The notes: a model not told the origin generated them from the sequence alone. DNA of 64,000 nt from a bacterium (GCA_965204535.1 CBDBEV010000001.1:2854777-2918776); one strand, 5' to 3'; numbered from the stretch's first letter, positions 28,114 to 37,057 are shown. Numbers and translations: made by a program.

Positions 28114-28866
28114 ATGAAAATCGATTTGAGCGGAAAAATCGCGCTGGTGACCGGAGGCGGGCGGGGCATCGGGCGCGCCTGCTGCACGGCCCTGGCCGAG
28201 GCGGGGGCTTCGGTGGCGGTCAACTACAGCCGCTCGGCGGAGGCCGCCGAGGAGGTAAAGGGGGAGATCGAAGCGGCCGGCGGGCAGGCGAATACCTACC
28301 AGGCCGACGTCTCCTCTTTCGAGGACGTATCGGCGATGTTCGAGCAGGTAAAAGAGGATTTCGGCACGCTCGATATTCTCGTCAACAACGCGGGCGTGAT
28401 ACAGGACGGCTTGCTGCTCACCATGAAGCCCGCAGGCTGGCGCAAGGTGCTCGGCGTGAGCCTGGACGGCGCTTACCACTGCACGAAGGCGGCCGGCGAG
28501 ATCATGCTCCGGAAGCGCTCCGGCAAGGTGATCAGCATCTCCTCCGTCATGGGGGTTTCGGGCGGGGCCGGGCAGACGAACTACGCCTCCGCCAAGGCGG
28601 GCATCATCGCCTTCATGCGCGCCTGCGCGGCGGAGATGGGAAAGCGGGGAATCCAGTTCAACACCATATTGCCGGGCATGATCGTCACCGACATGAGCGA
28701 GCGCGTGCGCGAGAAGGGCGGCGACGTGATTATGGGGCGCATACCGGCGGGCCGCTTCGGCGAACCGGAGGACGTGGCCAGGCTCGTGGTGTTCCTGGCG
28801 TCCGCGGAATCGGATTACATCAACGGACAGGCGATAGCCGTGGACGGCGGTCTGCTCACGGGCTGA
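28114..28866 (+). CDS. fabG: 3-oxoacyl-ACP reductase (FabG-type SDR)
   Basis: 'ALVTGGGRGIG', 'NNAGV' and 'SSVMGVSGGAGQTNYASAKAG' (S...YxxxK). Confidence 0.9.
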   Translation: MKIDLSGKIALVTGGGRGIGRACCTALAEAGASVAVNYSRSAEAAEEVKGEIEAAGGQANTYQADVSSFEDVSAMFEQVKEDFGTLDILVNNAGVIQDGLLLTMKPAGWRKVLGVSLDGAYHCTKAAGEIMLRKRSGKVISISSVMGVSGGAGQTNYASAKAGIIAFMRACAAEMGKRGIQFNTILPGMIVTDMSERVREKGGDVIMGRIPAGRFGEPEDVARLVVFLASAESDYINGQAIAVDGGLLTG

Positions 28867-28884
28867 GCGCGGGGGATATTCGGG

Positions 28885-29301
28885 ATGCAGCTGTACCAGG
28901 GGGTGGATTTGGTGGAGGTCGCGCGCTTGAAGGAGGCCTATGAGCGCCACGAGGCGTTCGGCGAGGACGTGTTCACCGAAGCCGAGCGGGCGTATTGCCT
29001 GAAGCGCCGGAACCCCTATCCCCACTTCGCGGCCCGCTTCGCGGCGAAAGAAGCCTGCCTCAAGGCATTCGGCCTCGGCATTTCCGAGCCGGGCGGGCTG
29101 GGCGGCAGGGGGCGTTTGCGCGAGATCGAGGTGGAATCGATGGCTTCGGGCAAACCCACGCTCAAACTGAGCGGCTCGATGGAGCGCATGAGCGCGCGAA
29201 AGAAGATCACGCAGTCCACCATTTCGATGAGCCATACGCTCGATCTGGCGGTGGCCCAGGTGATCCTCCTGGGCGAGGACGCGCCGGAAGAAGCTGATTA
29301 A
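28885..29301 (+). CDS. acpS: Holo-ACP synthase (AcpS-type 4'-phosphopantetheinyl transferase)
   Basis: 'GVDLVEVARL', 'FTEAERAYC', 'FAARFAAKEACLKA' and 'SMSHT' are typical AcpS. Confidence 0.85.
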   Translation: MQLYQGVDLVEVARLKEAYERHEAFGEDVFTEAERAYCLKRRNPYPHFAARFAAKEACLKAFGLGISEPGGLGGRGRLREIEVESMASGKPTLKLSGSMERMSARKKITQSTISMSHTLDLAVAQVILLGEDAPEEAD

Positions 29302-29313
29302 GGAGTCCTTGGT

Positions 29314-29775
29314 TTGAGATATATGCTCGTGGACAGGGTGACGGCGTGGGAGGCGGGGGTCTCCATCCAGGGGGTGAAGAACGTCACGATGAGCGAGGAT
29401 TTTCTGGAGTTCCATTTCCCGCGGTTTCCCGTCATGCCGGGCGCGCTGATATTCGAGGCGCTGGTGCAGCTGGCAGGCTGGCTCGAAGCGGCGGAATCCG
29501 ATTTCACCCGGTGGATTCTTTTGGAAAAGGTTCGAAGCGTCAGGTACTATGGATTCGCCTTTCCGGGGGATCAGGTCCTCCTGAACGTGGAGGCGCGGGG
29601 AGAGGAAGAAGGTCTCAAGAACTTCAGGGGCGTTGCCACCGTGGAGGGCGAGCGTCGGGTGGTCGCCGATTTTGGCGGAAAGGCGGCGCCGCTCGCGGAT
29701 TATGAGGATCCCGAGGAGCAGCGCCATCATTTTCGTGTTCTCGGACGCGAGATTCGGTTGAGCCAGGCGGGATGA
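29314..29775 (+). CDS. Hot-dog 3-hydroxyacyl-ACP dehydratase (FabZ/FabA-like) 2
   Basis: 'FHFPRFPVMPGALIFEALVQLAGW'. An AAGGAG Shine-Dalgarno lies 8 nt before TTG 29314. Confidence 0.8.
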   Translation: MRYMLVDRVTAWEAGVSIQGVKNVTMSEDFLEFHFPRFPVMPGALIFEALVQLAGWLEAAESDFTRWILLEKVRSVRYYGFAFPGDQVLLNVEARGEEEGLKNFRGVATVEGERRVVADFGGKAAPLADYEDPEEQRHHFRVLGREIRLSQAG

Positions 29776-29778
29776 GCG

Positions 29779-31077
29779 ATGCGAGGCGAGGAAGTCTGGA
29801 TTACGGGCGTGGGTTTGCTGACTTCCATAGGCGAGAATGCCGGGGAAAACTGGGAGTCGCTTTGCGCCGGAAAATGCGGGGTCGCCTGTCATCCAAGCGA
29901 GGATAACGGCTCTCTTCCGGATAATTTCGCCTACCATGGCGCAATCCCCGGCCATGAAGACCCGCCCGAGGTGCCGCCCAAACTCGCGAGCCAGCGCAAA
30001 TTCCTGAACAGAAGCTCCATCCTGGGGCTTTACGCCGCCGCCGAGGCGGTGGCCTGCTCTGGTCTCGACATGGGAGAGGTGGCGCCCGAGAGAAAGTCCC
30101 TCTACGTCGGTTCGGGCGATTTCACCAGGGTGGGCTATGTGGATTTCTATGCCGCGCTCAAACAAACGGCCGGCGAGGCGTGGGACGCGCCCGAACCCGC
30201 CTCCCTCAACGAGGCGTCGCTCCACAGGGTAAGCCCTTTTTTCCTGCTCGAGGGATTGCCCAACAATCTTTTCAGCTATCTCTCGGGCATCTACGAATTC
30301 ATGGGGCCGAACGGCAGTTTTTCCAGCCTTTCATCCTGCGGCGCGCAGGCGCTCGAGAATTGCGACCGCGTGCTTCGCTTCGGCGAGGCCGACGTCGGCC
30401 TCGTCGTGGGCTGCGGGAGTTGGGCGCACCCCATGGTGCTCCTGGAACTCGACGGGCTGGGCATTCTCTCCCGGGCGAAAGAGGGGGCCGAGTCGTTCCG
30501 GCCCTTCGACAGGAGGCGCGATGGATTCTTCCCCGGAGAGGGCGCCGCCGCCCTGGTGCTCGAGAGCGCCGAATCCGCCTGTGCGCGGGGCGCGAAGCCC
30601 CTGGGCCGCGTTCTGGGGACGGCGAACTGCCAGGAATACTCCTCTGAGCGCTATATTCCCGTTCCCACCGGCGCGGTGCGCCATTCGGTGGAATCGGCGG
30701 TGGCCGAGGCGGGCGTCACGAGCGATGATCTGGCCTTCATCCTTCCCCACGGGAGTGCGACGCCCCAGGGAGACGCGGGCGAATTGTCCGCCTTGCTGGA
30801 ATACGGCGATAAGGTCAAGGGCCCGATTCCGCTCGCCGGCTGGAAGCCCTATACGGGACACATGGGCTCCGCCAGCGATTTGGCCGAGATCGTGCTGGGA
30901 CTCTCTGCCCTCAATGAGGGCCGCCTTCCCCCCACGCCGGGCCTTGAGCAAAAAGACGATGCCTTCGAGGCCCTCCACATCCCCACCGAAGAATGCGCCG
31001 TCTCGGGGGCCGCGTTCCTGTCCCTGAGTCACGGCATCGGCGGGCAATCCTCCGCAACCATCGTCGCCGCGCAGTGA
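29779..31077 (+). CDS. Divergent beta-ketoacyl synthase (Cys-His-His retained in unusual sequence contexts)
   Basis: Thiolase fold with 'SSLSSCGAQALE', 'ILPHGSATPQGD' and 'KPYTGHMGSASD'. Confidence 0.8.
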   Translation: MRGEEVWITGVGLLTSIGENAGENWESLCAGKCGVACHPSEDNGSLPDNFAYHGAIPGHEDPPEVPPKLASQRKFLNRSSILGLYAAAEAVACSGLDMGEVAPERKSLYVGSGDFTRVGYVDFYAALKQTAGEAWDAPEPASLNEASLHRVSPFFLLEGLPNNLFSYLSGIYEFMGPNGSFSSLSSCGAQALENCDRVLRFGEADVGLVVGCGSWAHPMVLLELDGLGILSRAKEGAESFRPFDRRRDGFFPGEGAAALVLESAESACARGAKPLGRVLGTANCQEYSSERYIPVPTGAVRHSVESAVAEAGVTSDDLAFILPHGSATPQGDAGELSALLEYGDKVKGPIPLAGWKPYTGHMGSASDLAEIVLGLSALNEGRLPPTPGLEQKDDAFEALHIPTEECAVSGAAFLSLSHGIGGQSSATIVAAQ

Positions 31078-32060
31078 ACAAATCCGCAGAATCCACCAAG
31101 AGAAAACGCAGCAAAGACAAGGGCGCGTTTCACCAATGGGTGGAATACGCCCTGCTCGTTTCGTTTCTGTGGTTGATCCGCCTGCTGCCCTATGGTGTCT
31201 GCCGCGCGGTTTCCGTTTTGATAGGGGAGGCGATTTTCCGCTTCGCCCCCAGGAGAAGGCGCATCGCGCGCGCCAACCTGCGCATCGCGTTCCCCGAACT
31301 CAATGAAGCGCAGCGCTCCGTTCTGGCGAGGCGCAGTTGCCGTTCGTTTATTCTCACCTGCCTGGAGGGAGCGAAGTTTCTGACCCGCTTCGATTTGCGA
31401 CGCGCCGAGAAAACGGTGCGCGAGATCGTGGACGAGGCGGAGGAGACAATAGATAAGGTGCGCGTGATTCACGAAGATGCGGGCGGCTGCGTGTTCGTCG
31501 TGCCGCATCTGGGGAACTGGGAATTCCTCGCCCATGCCGGCGCGCTGGCGGGAATTCCGCTCACCATCCCGGTGCGTCCCCTGGACAATCGAAAGCTCGA
31601 AGCCTCGCTGTATGCAATGCGCGCATCCTCCGGACAGGAGATTCTTTCGAAGAAAAACGCCTTCTTTCACCTGCGCGAGGCGCTGCGCAAGGGCCGTTCG
31701 GTGGCGATTCTGGCGGATCAGAACGCGGGTGGCGAGGGAATCGACGCGCCGTTTTTCGGCAAGCCCGCCAGGACGACGCTCGCTCCCGCAGCCCTCGCGG
31801 TTCTCTACAACCGGCCCATTGTCCTGATCTCGTGTCTCAGAAAAGGCGGTGGCCGGCGCTATGAGGTCTTGCTCAGCGAGCCGATAGCGCCCGATATGAA
31901 CGCGCAAAGCGCCAAAAAAGAAATCGAGAGGCTCACGATGGCGGTGAACGAGGAGACGGAAAATTTTATTCGAAAAGGGCCGGAGCAGTACTTATGGATC
32001 CATGACAGGTGGAAACTCACCAAAAGCCAGGGACCGTCCCGGTGGGCCGATTCAAGTTGA
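31074..32060 (+). CDS. LpxL/HtrB-family (lipid A secondary acyltransferase-like, LPLAT) acyltransferase
   Basis: An N-terminal TM segment 'YALLVSFLWLIRLL', then 'FVVPHLGNWEF' (the HxxxxE/D acyltransferase motif of the LpxL family) and 'ILADQNAG'. Its GTG overlaps the upstream stop (GTGA). Confidence 0.8.
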   Translation: MNKSAESTKRKRSKDKGAFHQWVEYALLVSFLWLIRLLPYGVCRAVSVLIGEAIFRFAPRRRRIARANLRIAFPELNEAQRSVLARRSCRSFILTCLEGAKFLTRFDLRRAEKTVREIVDEAEETIDKVRVIHEDAGGCVFVVPHLGNWEFLAHAGALAGIPLTIPVRPLDNRKLEASLYAMRASSGQEILSKKNAFFHLREALRKGRSVAILADQNAGGEGIDAPFFGKPARTTLAPAALAVLYNRPIVLISCLRKGGGRRYEVLLSEPIAPDMNAQSAKKEIERLTMAVNEETENFIRKGPEQYLWIHDRWKLTKSQGPSRWADSS

Positions 32061-32459
32061 AGCTTCAGGGGAGGATACGGTTTCTTTCAGATGCTTGAAG
32101 AAGGGAACCCCCAGTTTTTCGAGTTTCGCCTCGAGCTTTTCCGTGCAGTCGCAATCGCCGCAGACGGGATAGCCTTCGCAATCTTCAGGTTTGCGGGCGA
32201 AGCGCACGTCGATCTCCTCGAAATACGCCTCCCAGTAGGGTAGTTCCTCATACAGCTCATAACCCGGCCCGAACGCCTCGCGGCAGTAGCAGACCTCGAG
32301 CCAGCGAACCTGGCCTTTCTCGGTGAGCCTCGCCTCTTTCATGCACTTGAGAAACGTCCGGTGCGCGATGGAGCCTCGCCCGAGTTCGCCCGATTCGATG
32401 GCTTCGAGCAGGGCGGCGCTCTTGCCCTCGATGACTTTTCCGCGCACGAGATAACGCAT
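32052..32459 (-). CDS. Hypothetical Cys-rich protein
   Basis: 135 aa with good GC3 bias and a GGAGG Shine-Dalgarno upstream. It has a 'CYC' and a 'C-x5-C-x2-C-x-C' cluster but no recognised domain. Its 3' end overlaps the acyltransferase 3' end by 9 bp. Confidence 0.6.
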   Translation of the reverse strand: MRYLVRGKVIEGKSAALLEAIESGELGRGSIAHRTFLKCMKEARLTEKGQVRWLEVCYCREAFGPGYELYEELPYWEAYFEEIDVRFARKPEDCEGYPVCGDCDCTEKLEAKLEKLGVPFFKHLKETVSSPEAST

Positions 32460-32601
32460 GGAACCTCCACGCTTTTTTCATGAACCCTTCATTCGATTGT
32501 AACATACACGATATGATTCATGTATAGATTGCCGGATGCTTCGGAGCATCGACGGCGTAAGGCGGCAGGGCGAGGAGCCCATGAACCCTGGGATAGGCGG
32601 G

Positions 32602-34062
32602 ATGACGGACAAACCAATCGAAATCACCATGGTGGCGAGCGAGATGTTCCCCTTCGCCAAATCGGGCGGGCTGGGCGACGTCATCGGTGCGCTGCCTTCG
32701 GCCCTGGCGAGGTTGGGCCACAAGGTCTGCGTCTACCTGCCCGCGTACCGTGCTGCTCTCAATGAATATGACCCCGGTTCTCCCGCGCAGGTCGCAGACG
32801 TCTTCGCCGAGGCGCGCTGCGAGGTGTTCTCGCTCGAACACGAGGGGGTTTCGGTCAGACTCGTCGCCGCGGATGATCTGTTCGATCGGGATGGATTCTA
32901 CGGAGACGCGCGCGGAGCGTTTCCCGACAACGCGGAGCGCTTCGCCCGTTTCGCCAGAGGCGCGCTCTCCCACATGGAGAGCGAAAAAGCGTATCCGTTC
33001 ATCATCCACTGCCATGACTGGCAAAGCGCCCTGATCCCGCCCTTGCTGCAGTATCGCCGCGCTGACGAAACGAAATGGCGCGGGGTCTCCAGTGTTTTCA
33101 CGGTTCACAACCTGGCGTACCAGGGCCGCTTCCACCGGGATGATTTCGCGCACACTTGTCTGCCCGATGAAATGATGGGCATGGAGGGGCTTGAGTTTCA
33201 CGGCGACATCAACTTCATGAAGGGCGGCATCCTGTTCAGCGGAGCGGTCTCCACCGTGAGCGAGCGTTATGCGCAGGAGATGCTGACGGAAGAGCAGGGA
33301 GAAGGGCTCGAAGGAGTGGTCGCTCTCAGAAGGGATTCTTTGTTCGGCATCATGAACGGCATCGACGATGTGGTCTGGAATCCCGAAAGCGACCCCCACG
33401 TTCCGGCGCCGTTCTCGATCGCGCGCCCGGAGGGCAAGGCGAAGTGCAAGGCGGCGCTTCAGGAGGAATTGAGGCTGGACGCAGGCGCGGAGGGGCCTTT
33501 GTGCGTCGTCGTCTCGCGGCTGGCGCATCAGAAGGGAATCGACCTGATCCTCGAAACGATGGATGAATGGATGAAGCTGGGCGTAAGCCTGGCCGTTCTG
33601 GGAACCGGCGAGGAGGCGTTGGAAGGTGGCCTCGCCGAAGCCGCTTCGACCCATCCGGGCCGGGTGGCCTTCGTGCCCGCCTATGACGAGGCGCTCTCCC
33701 ACCGCATGTACGCAGGCGGCGACGTCCTGCTCATGCCCTCACGCTATGAGCCTTCGGGCCTGAACCAGCTGTACGCCATGCGCTACGGCGCCCTTCCTTA
33801 CGTGCGGCGGGTCGGCGGACTTGCGGACTCGGTGATTTCATCCCCAACCCCCGAAGCGGACTCGGACACCGGCTTCCATTTCGACGCGTTCGCCCCGGCC
33901 GATTTCCTCACCGGGATGGAGAGGATTTGCCGGGTGTTTTTGGATCAGGGCCTTTGGCGTATGATGATGCGCAACGCGATGGAGAAGGACTCCGGTTGGG
34001 ACGGCGTCGCGCCCCGCTACGTCGGTTTGTACGAAAAGGCGATGCGCCCGCAGCCGCGTTGA
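32602..34062 (+). CDS. glgA: Glycogen synthase (ADP-glucose type)
   Basis: 'MVASEMFPFAKSGGLGDV', 'HCHDWQSAL', 'TVHNLAYQG' and 'MPSRYEPSGLNQ'. The start could also be ATG 32581. Confidence 0.9.
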   Translation: MTDKPIEITMVASEMFPFAKSGGLGDVIGALPSALARLGHKVCVYLPAYRAALNEYDPGSPAQVADVFAEARCEVFSLEHEGVSVRLVAADDLFDRDGFYGDARGAFPDNAERFARFARGALSHMESEKAYPFIIHCHDWQSALIPPLLQYRRADETKWRGVSSVFTVHNLAYQGRFHRDDFAHTCLPDEMMGMEGLEFHGDINFMKGGILFSGAVSTVSERYAQEMLTEEQGEGLEGVVALRRDSLFGIMNGIDDVVWNPESDPHVPAPFSIARPEGKAKCKAALQEELRLDAGAEGPLCVVVSRLAHQKGIDLILETMDEWMKLGVSLAVLGTGEEALEGGLAEAASTHPGRVAFVPAYDEALSHRMYAGGDVLLMPSRYEPSGLNQLYAMRYGALPYVRRVGGLADSVISSPTPEADSDTGFHFDAFAPADFLTGMERICRVFLDQGLWRMMMRNAMEKDSGWDGVAPRYVGLYEKAMRPQPR

Positions 34063-34088
34063 GACGAATCGAACAGAGGAGCCGGATA

Positions 34089-35318
34089 TTGGATTCGCGC
34101 GATCCCAGAGTCATATCTTTCGTCATGGCGGGCGGCGCCGGAAACAGGCTCCACCCCCTCACGGTCGCGCGCGGCAAGCCGGCCGTGCCGTTCGGTTCGA
34201 AATACCGCATCATCGACTTCGTGCTGAGCAACCTGGTGAACTCGGGCTATCAGTCCATCTACGTGCTGGTGCAGTACCTGGCGCAATCGCTGATCGAGCA
34301 TTTGAGGCGCTCGTGGAACATCAGCGGAACGCTCGGCAAGAATTTCGTGACGGCCGTTCCGCCCCAGCAGCGCGCAGGCGAGTTCTGGTTCAAGGGCACG
34401 GCCGATTCCATCCATCAGAACAGAAACCTGGTGACCGACAATGCGCCCGACATCGTGCTGGTGTTCGGGGCGGACCACATCTACCGCATGGACGTGAGCC
34501 AGATGGTTCGCTTTCACCTCGAAAGCGGGGCGGACGCGACGATATCGGCCCTGCCCGCGCCGGTCGAAGACGCCCGGGAATTCGGCGTGCTGGCCGTGGA
34601 CGAGGAGGGACGGGTGGAGCGTTTTGACGAAAAGCCCTCCCGCCCCCGCCCCATGCCGGGCGACCCCTCGCGCGCGCTGTGCTCGATGGGAAATTACGTG
34701 TTTTCCTCCCAGGTGCTGATGGATGCGCTCATCAGCGATGCGGCGCGTGAGGGGGAGCACGACTTCGGGCGAACGATCATCCCCGCTCTTCTCGGCGAGC
34801 GTAAAAAACTCTACGCCTACGATTTCATGAAAAACGAGATTCCGGGGGTTCGGCCCACCGAGGAAAGAGGCTACTGGCGCGACGTGGGCACCATCAAGAG
34901 CTACTGGGAGACGCAGATGGACCTTTTGGGGGAGACGCCGCTCCTTGACTTGAGCAACCCCGACTGGCCGATTCACACCAGCGCCTATCCGGGGCCGGGC
35001 AGCCGCATCGTGTCCACGCAGGTGGAAGACGCCTTGATCGGAGAGGGGTGCCAGATTGTGGGGGCGCGGATCGAGCGCTCCGTCATCGGCCGCGGCGTGG
35101 TAATCGAAAAAGGGGCGGAGATCGTCGATTCCATCGTCATGGACCACACCCACATCGGGGCGGGGGCGCATCTGCAAAAAGCGATTGTCGACAGGTTCAA
35201 CCAGATAGAAGCGGGCGCTTCGGTGGCGATTGAAAGGGCCGATTCCTTCCCTGGCGCCGTCTCCGACCCTTCCGGCATCATCGTCCTGCCGCGCGGGTTC
35301 ACCCGGCCCGTCATTTGA
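34089..35318 (+). CDS. glgC: Glucose-1-phosphate adenylyltransferase
   Basis: 'VMAGGAGNRLHPLTVARGKPAVPFG..YRIIDFVLSN', 'FGADHIYRMD' and 'YWRDVGT'. The start is uncertain (TTG 34059, TTG 34089 or ATG 34125). Confidence 0.85.
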   Translation: MDSRDPRVISFVMAGGAGNRLHPLTVARGKPAVPFGSKYRIIDFVLSNLVNSGYQSIYVLVQYLAQSLIEHLRRSWNISGTLGKNFVTAVPPQQRAGEFWFKGTADSIHQNRNLVTDNAPDIVLVFGADHIYRMDVSQMVRFHLESGADATISALPAPVEDAREFGVLAVDEEGRVERFDEKPSRPRPMPGDPSRALCSMGNYVFSSQVLMDALISDAAREGEHDFGRTIIPALLGERKKLYAYDFMKNEIPGVRPTEERGYWRDVGTIKSYWETQMDLLGETPLLDLSNPDWPIHTSAYPGPGSRIVSTQVEDALIGEGCQIVGARIERSVIGRGVVIEKGAEIVDSIVMDHTHIGAGAHLQKAIVDRFNQIEAGASVAIERADSFPGAVSDPSGIIVLPRGFTRPVI

Positions 35319-35323
35319 AATCC

Positions 35324-36817
35324 ATGGATATATCGGAAATCAGAATCCGCGCCGAGGCTTTTCTCGGCGAATCGCGAAAAGAGTGGTACGAGGTCGGCGC
35401 CGGTCTCAAGGAAGAAGTGCGACTGAGCGAGATTTTCGCCGAATACGCCGATCTTTTCACGCGCGAGAACGTCGAGGCGTTCGCTTCCCTCGCCGGACCG
35501 GAGGAAGATGCGGCCGAAGCCCTGAAATTGGCCGAGTTGCGCGGGTTTCTGACCCTGGGCCACATACGCGACGCGACGAGGGAGTTGAGCGAGCAGGCGC
35601 TTCTCTTCGAAACCAAAACCACCGTGAAAACGTCCGAGGGCGAATCCATCCCCTACCGGCAAAGCGCCGTCGCGCTCCTGAACGAATCGGAGCGTGAGAA
35701 GCGGCGTTTTCTGGAAAACGCCCGCTGTGATGCCCTGGCGGAGAAGAACGAATTTTTACGGCAAATTCATCGCACGACCCATGAAATGGCCGATGATTTG
35801 GGGTTCGAGGGCTATCTGGGCATGATGGCGGCGCTCAAACGCTACCCGCTTGAGCCTGTTCGTGAGGAGATGGCGCGGTTTTTAGGGCGCACCGAAGCGC
35901 TTTACGCCGAGGCGATGGGAGAGGAACTGAGCCAGGCGGGGGTTCCTCCGGCGTCCGCGCAGCGACACGATGCGCAGTACTGTTTTCGGGGTGCGGAGTA
36001 TGACGCTCTTTTCCCGGCGGAGAAGATCGAAACTTCTGCGCGGGAGATTTGCGCGTCGATGGGCCTCGATCTCTCGGCGGCGGGCAGGGTGCGCCTCGAC
36101 ATCGAGGACCGCCCCTTGAAGAGCCCCCGCGCGTTTTGCGCTTCCCTGCGCGTGCCGGATGAAGTCTATCTCGTCATCAGGCCCCGGGGCGGTTATGACG
36201 ATTACCGCGCGTTCTGGCACGAACTCGGCCACGCGCTTCATTTCGCGGGCGTGGCGGCGGACGCGCCTTTCGAGTGGAAGCGCCTGGGGGACAACTCCGT
36301 GACGGAGGGGTTCGCCATGCTCTTCGATCATCTGCTCTTCGAACCGCTCTGGCTGGAAGACGCCCTGGGCGGGGAGGCGTCGGACTACGCGGCGTTTCTG
36401 GCGCATCACGCGCTTTTCGAACTCTACATGCTCAGGCGCTACGCGGCGAAAATCGACTATGAACTCACGCTTCACCAGGGCGCAGGTCTGGAAGGCAAGG
36501 ACGCCGCTTACCGGGAGAAGCTGAGCGCGGCGACGGGGGTGGAATACCCTGGCGTCTCCTATCTCGACGACGTGGACCCGTTTTTCTACTGCGCGAATTA
36601 TCTGAGGGCGTGGATGCTACAGGCGCAGATGTCGGAAATTCTCAAGACGAAGTTCGGCAAGCGGTGGTGGGCCAACCAAAAGAGCGGCGGTTTCCTGGCG
36701 GAAATCTGGCGCGACGGCCAGCGCCACGACGGCGACTCCCTCTCCCGCCACTTGGGCTACGAGAAACTCACCACCGAACCGCTCGAGGCGCAGATCAGGA
36801 ATCTCATGCCGCGCTAG
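35324..36817 (+). CDS. HExxH zinc metallopeptidase, M3/oligoendopeptidase-F-like
   Basis: The 'FWHELGHALHF' zincin motif sits in a protein of about 500 aa whose layout resembles M3B peptidases. The family call is tentative. Confidence 0.6.
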   Translation: MDISEIRIRAEAFLGESRKEWYEVGAGLKEEVRLSEIFAEYADLFTRENVEAFASLAGPEEDAAEALKLAELRGFLTLGHIRDATRELSEQALLFETKTTVKTSEGESIPYRQSAVALLNESEREKRRFLENARCDALAEKNEFLRQIHRTTHEMADDLGFEGYLGMMAALKRYPLEPVREEMARFLGRTEALYAEAMGEELSQAGVPPASAQRHDAQYCFRGAEYDALFPAEKIETSAREICASMGLDLSAAGRVRLDIEDRPLKSPRAFCASLRVPDEVYLVIRPRGGYDDYRAFWHELGHALHFAGVAADAPFEWKRLGDNSVTEGFAMLFDHLLFEPLWLEDALGGEASDYAAFLAHHALFELYMLRRYAAKIDYELTLHQGAGLEGKDAAYREKLSAATGVEYPGVSYLDDVDPFFYCANYLRAWMLQAQMSEILKTKFGKRWWANQKSGGFLAEIWRDGQRHDGDSLSRHLGYEKLTTEPLEAQIRNLMPR

Positions 36818-36839
36818 CGGGAATGCGAACTACCCCTAC

Positions 36840-37022
36840 GGAGGCTGTTGAGAAGGCCCGCCTCGCTTGGAATTCATCCCCTGAGGATTTGGCGCGACCG
36901 TGGAGGGGGCGGTTTTTGTAGGGGACGCATATATGCGTCCCTGCGTTTTCGACGTCGAAACACGGGCCGCATACTATGCGGCCCCTACAATTTGCCGGCA
37001 TTGCAGGGTTTTTCAACAACTC
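36840..37022. mobile_element. MITE-like element (copy B) with IS-like ends, carrying a REP hairpin pair
   Basis: Ends are GGAGGCTGTTGAGAAGGCCC and CAGGGTTTTTCAACAACTC. CCTAC lies on both flanks (36835-36839 and 37023-27). The internal REP pair is at 36918-36989. Confidence 0.7.
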
Positions 37023-37057
37023 CCTACAGGAGCGATCGCGCTTCATCCGCCCGGGCC

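Noticed and set aside
22343-32060. Calling the lipid cluster a bona fide aryl-polyene (APE) cluster or a ladderane/PUFA-type cluster.
   Set aside because: The APE hallmark genes are absent: aryl-starter adenylating enzyme or ammonia-lyase, thioesterase, glycosyltransferase, LolA-like protein and MMPL exporter. An enoyl reductase, a private PPTase and a third KS are present instead. There are no radical SAM or desaturase genes as in ladderane candidates, and no multidomain PUFA synthase. Only 'APE-like core' can be supported.
33927-34088. The upstream extension of the glgC ORF, which overlaps glgA by about 135 bp.
   Set aside because: The extension is Arg/Ala-rich with no GlgC similarity. The conserved GlgC N-terminus (MAGGAGNRL) begins at about 34125, so a start at or after the glgA stop is far more likely.
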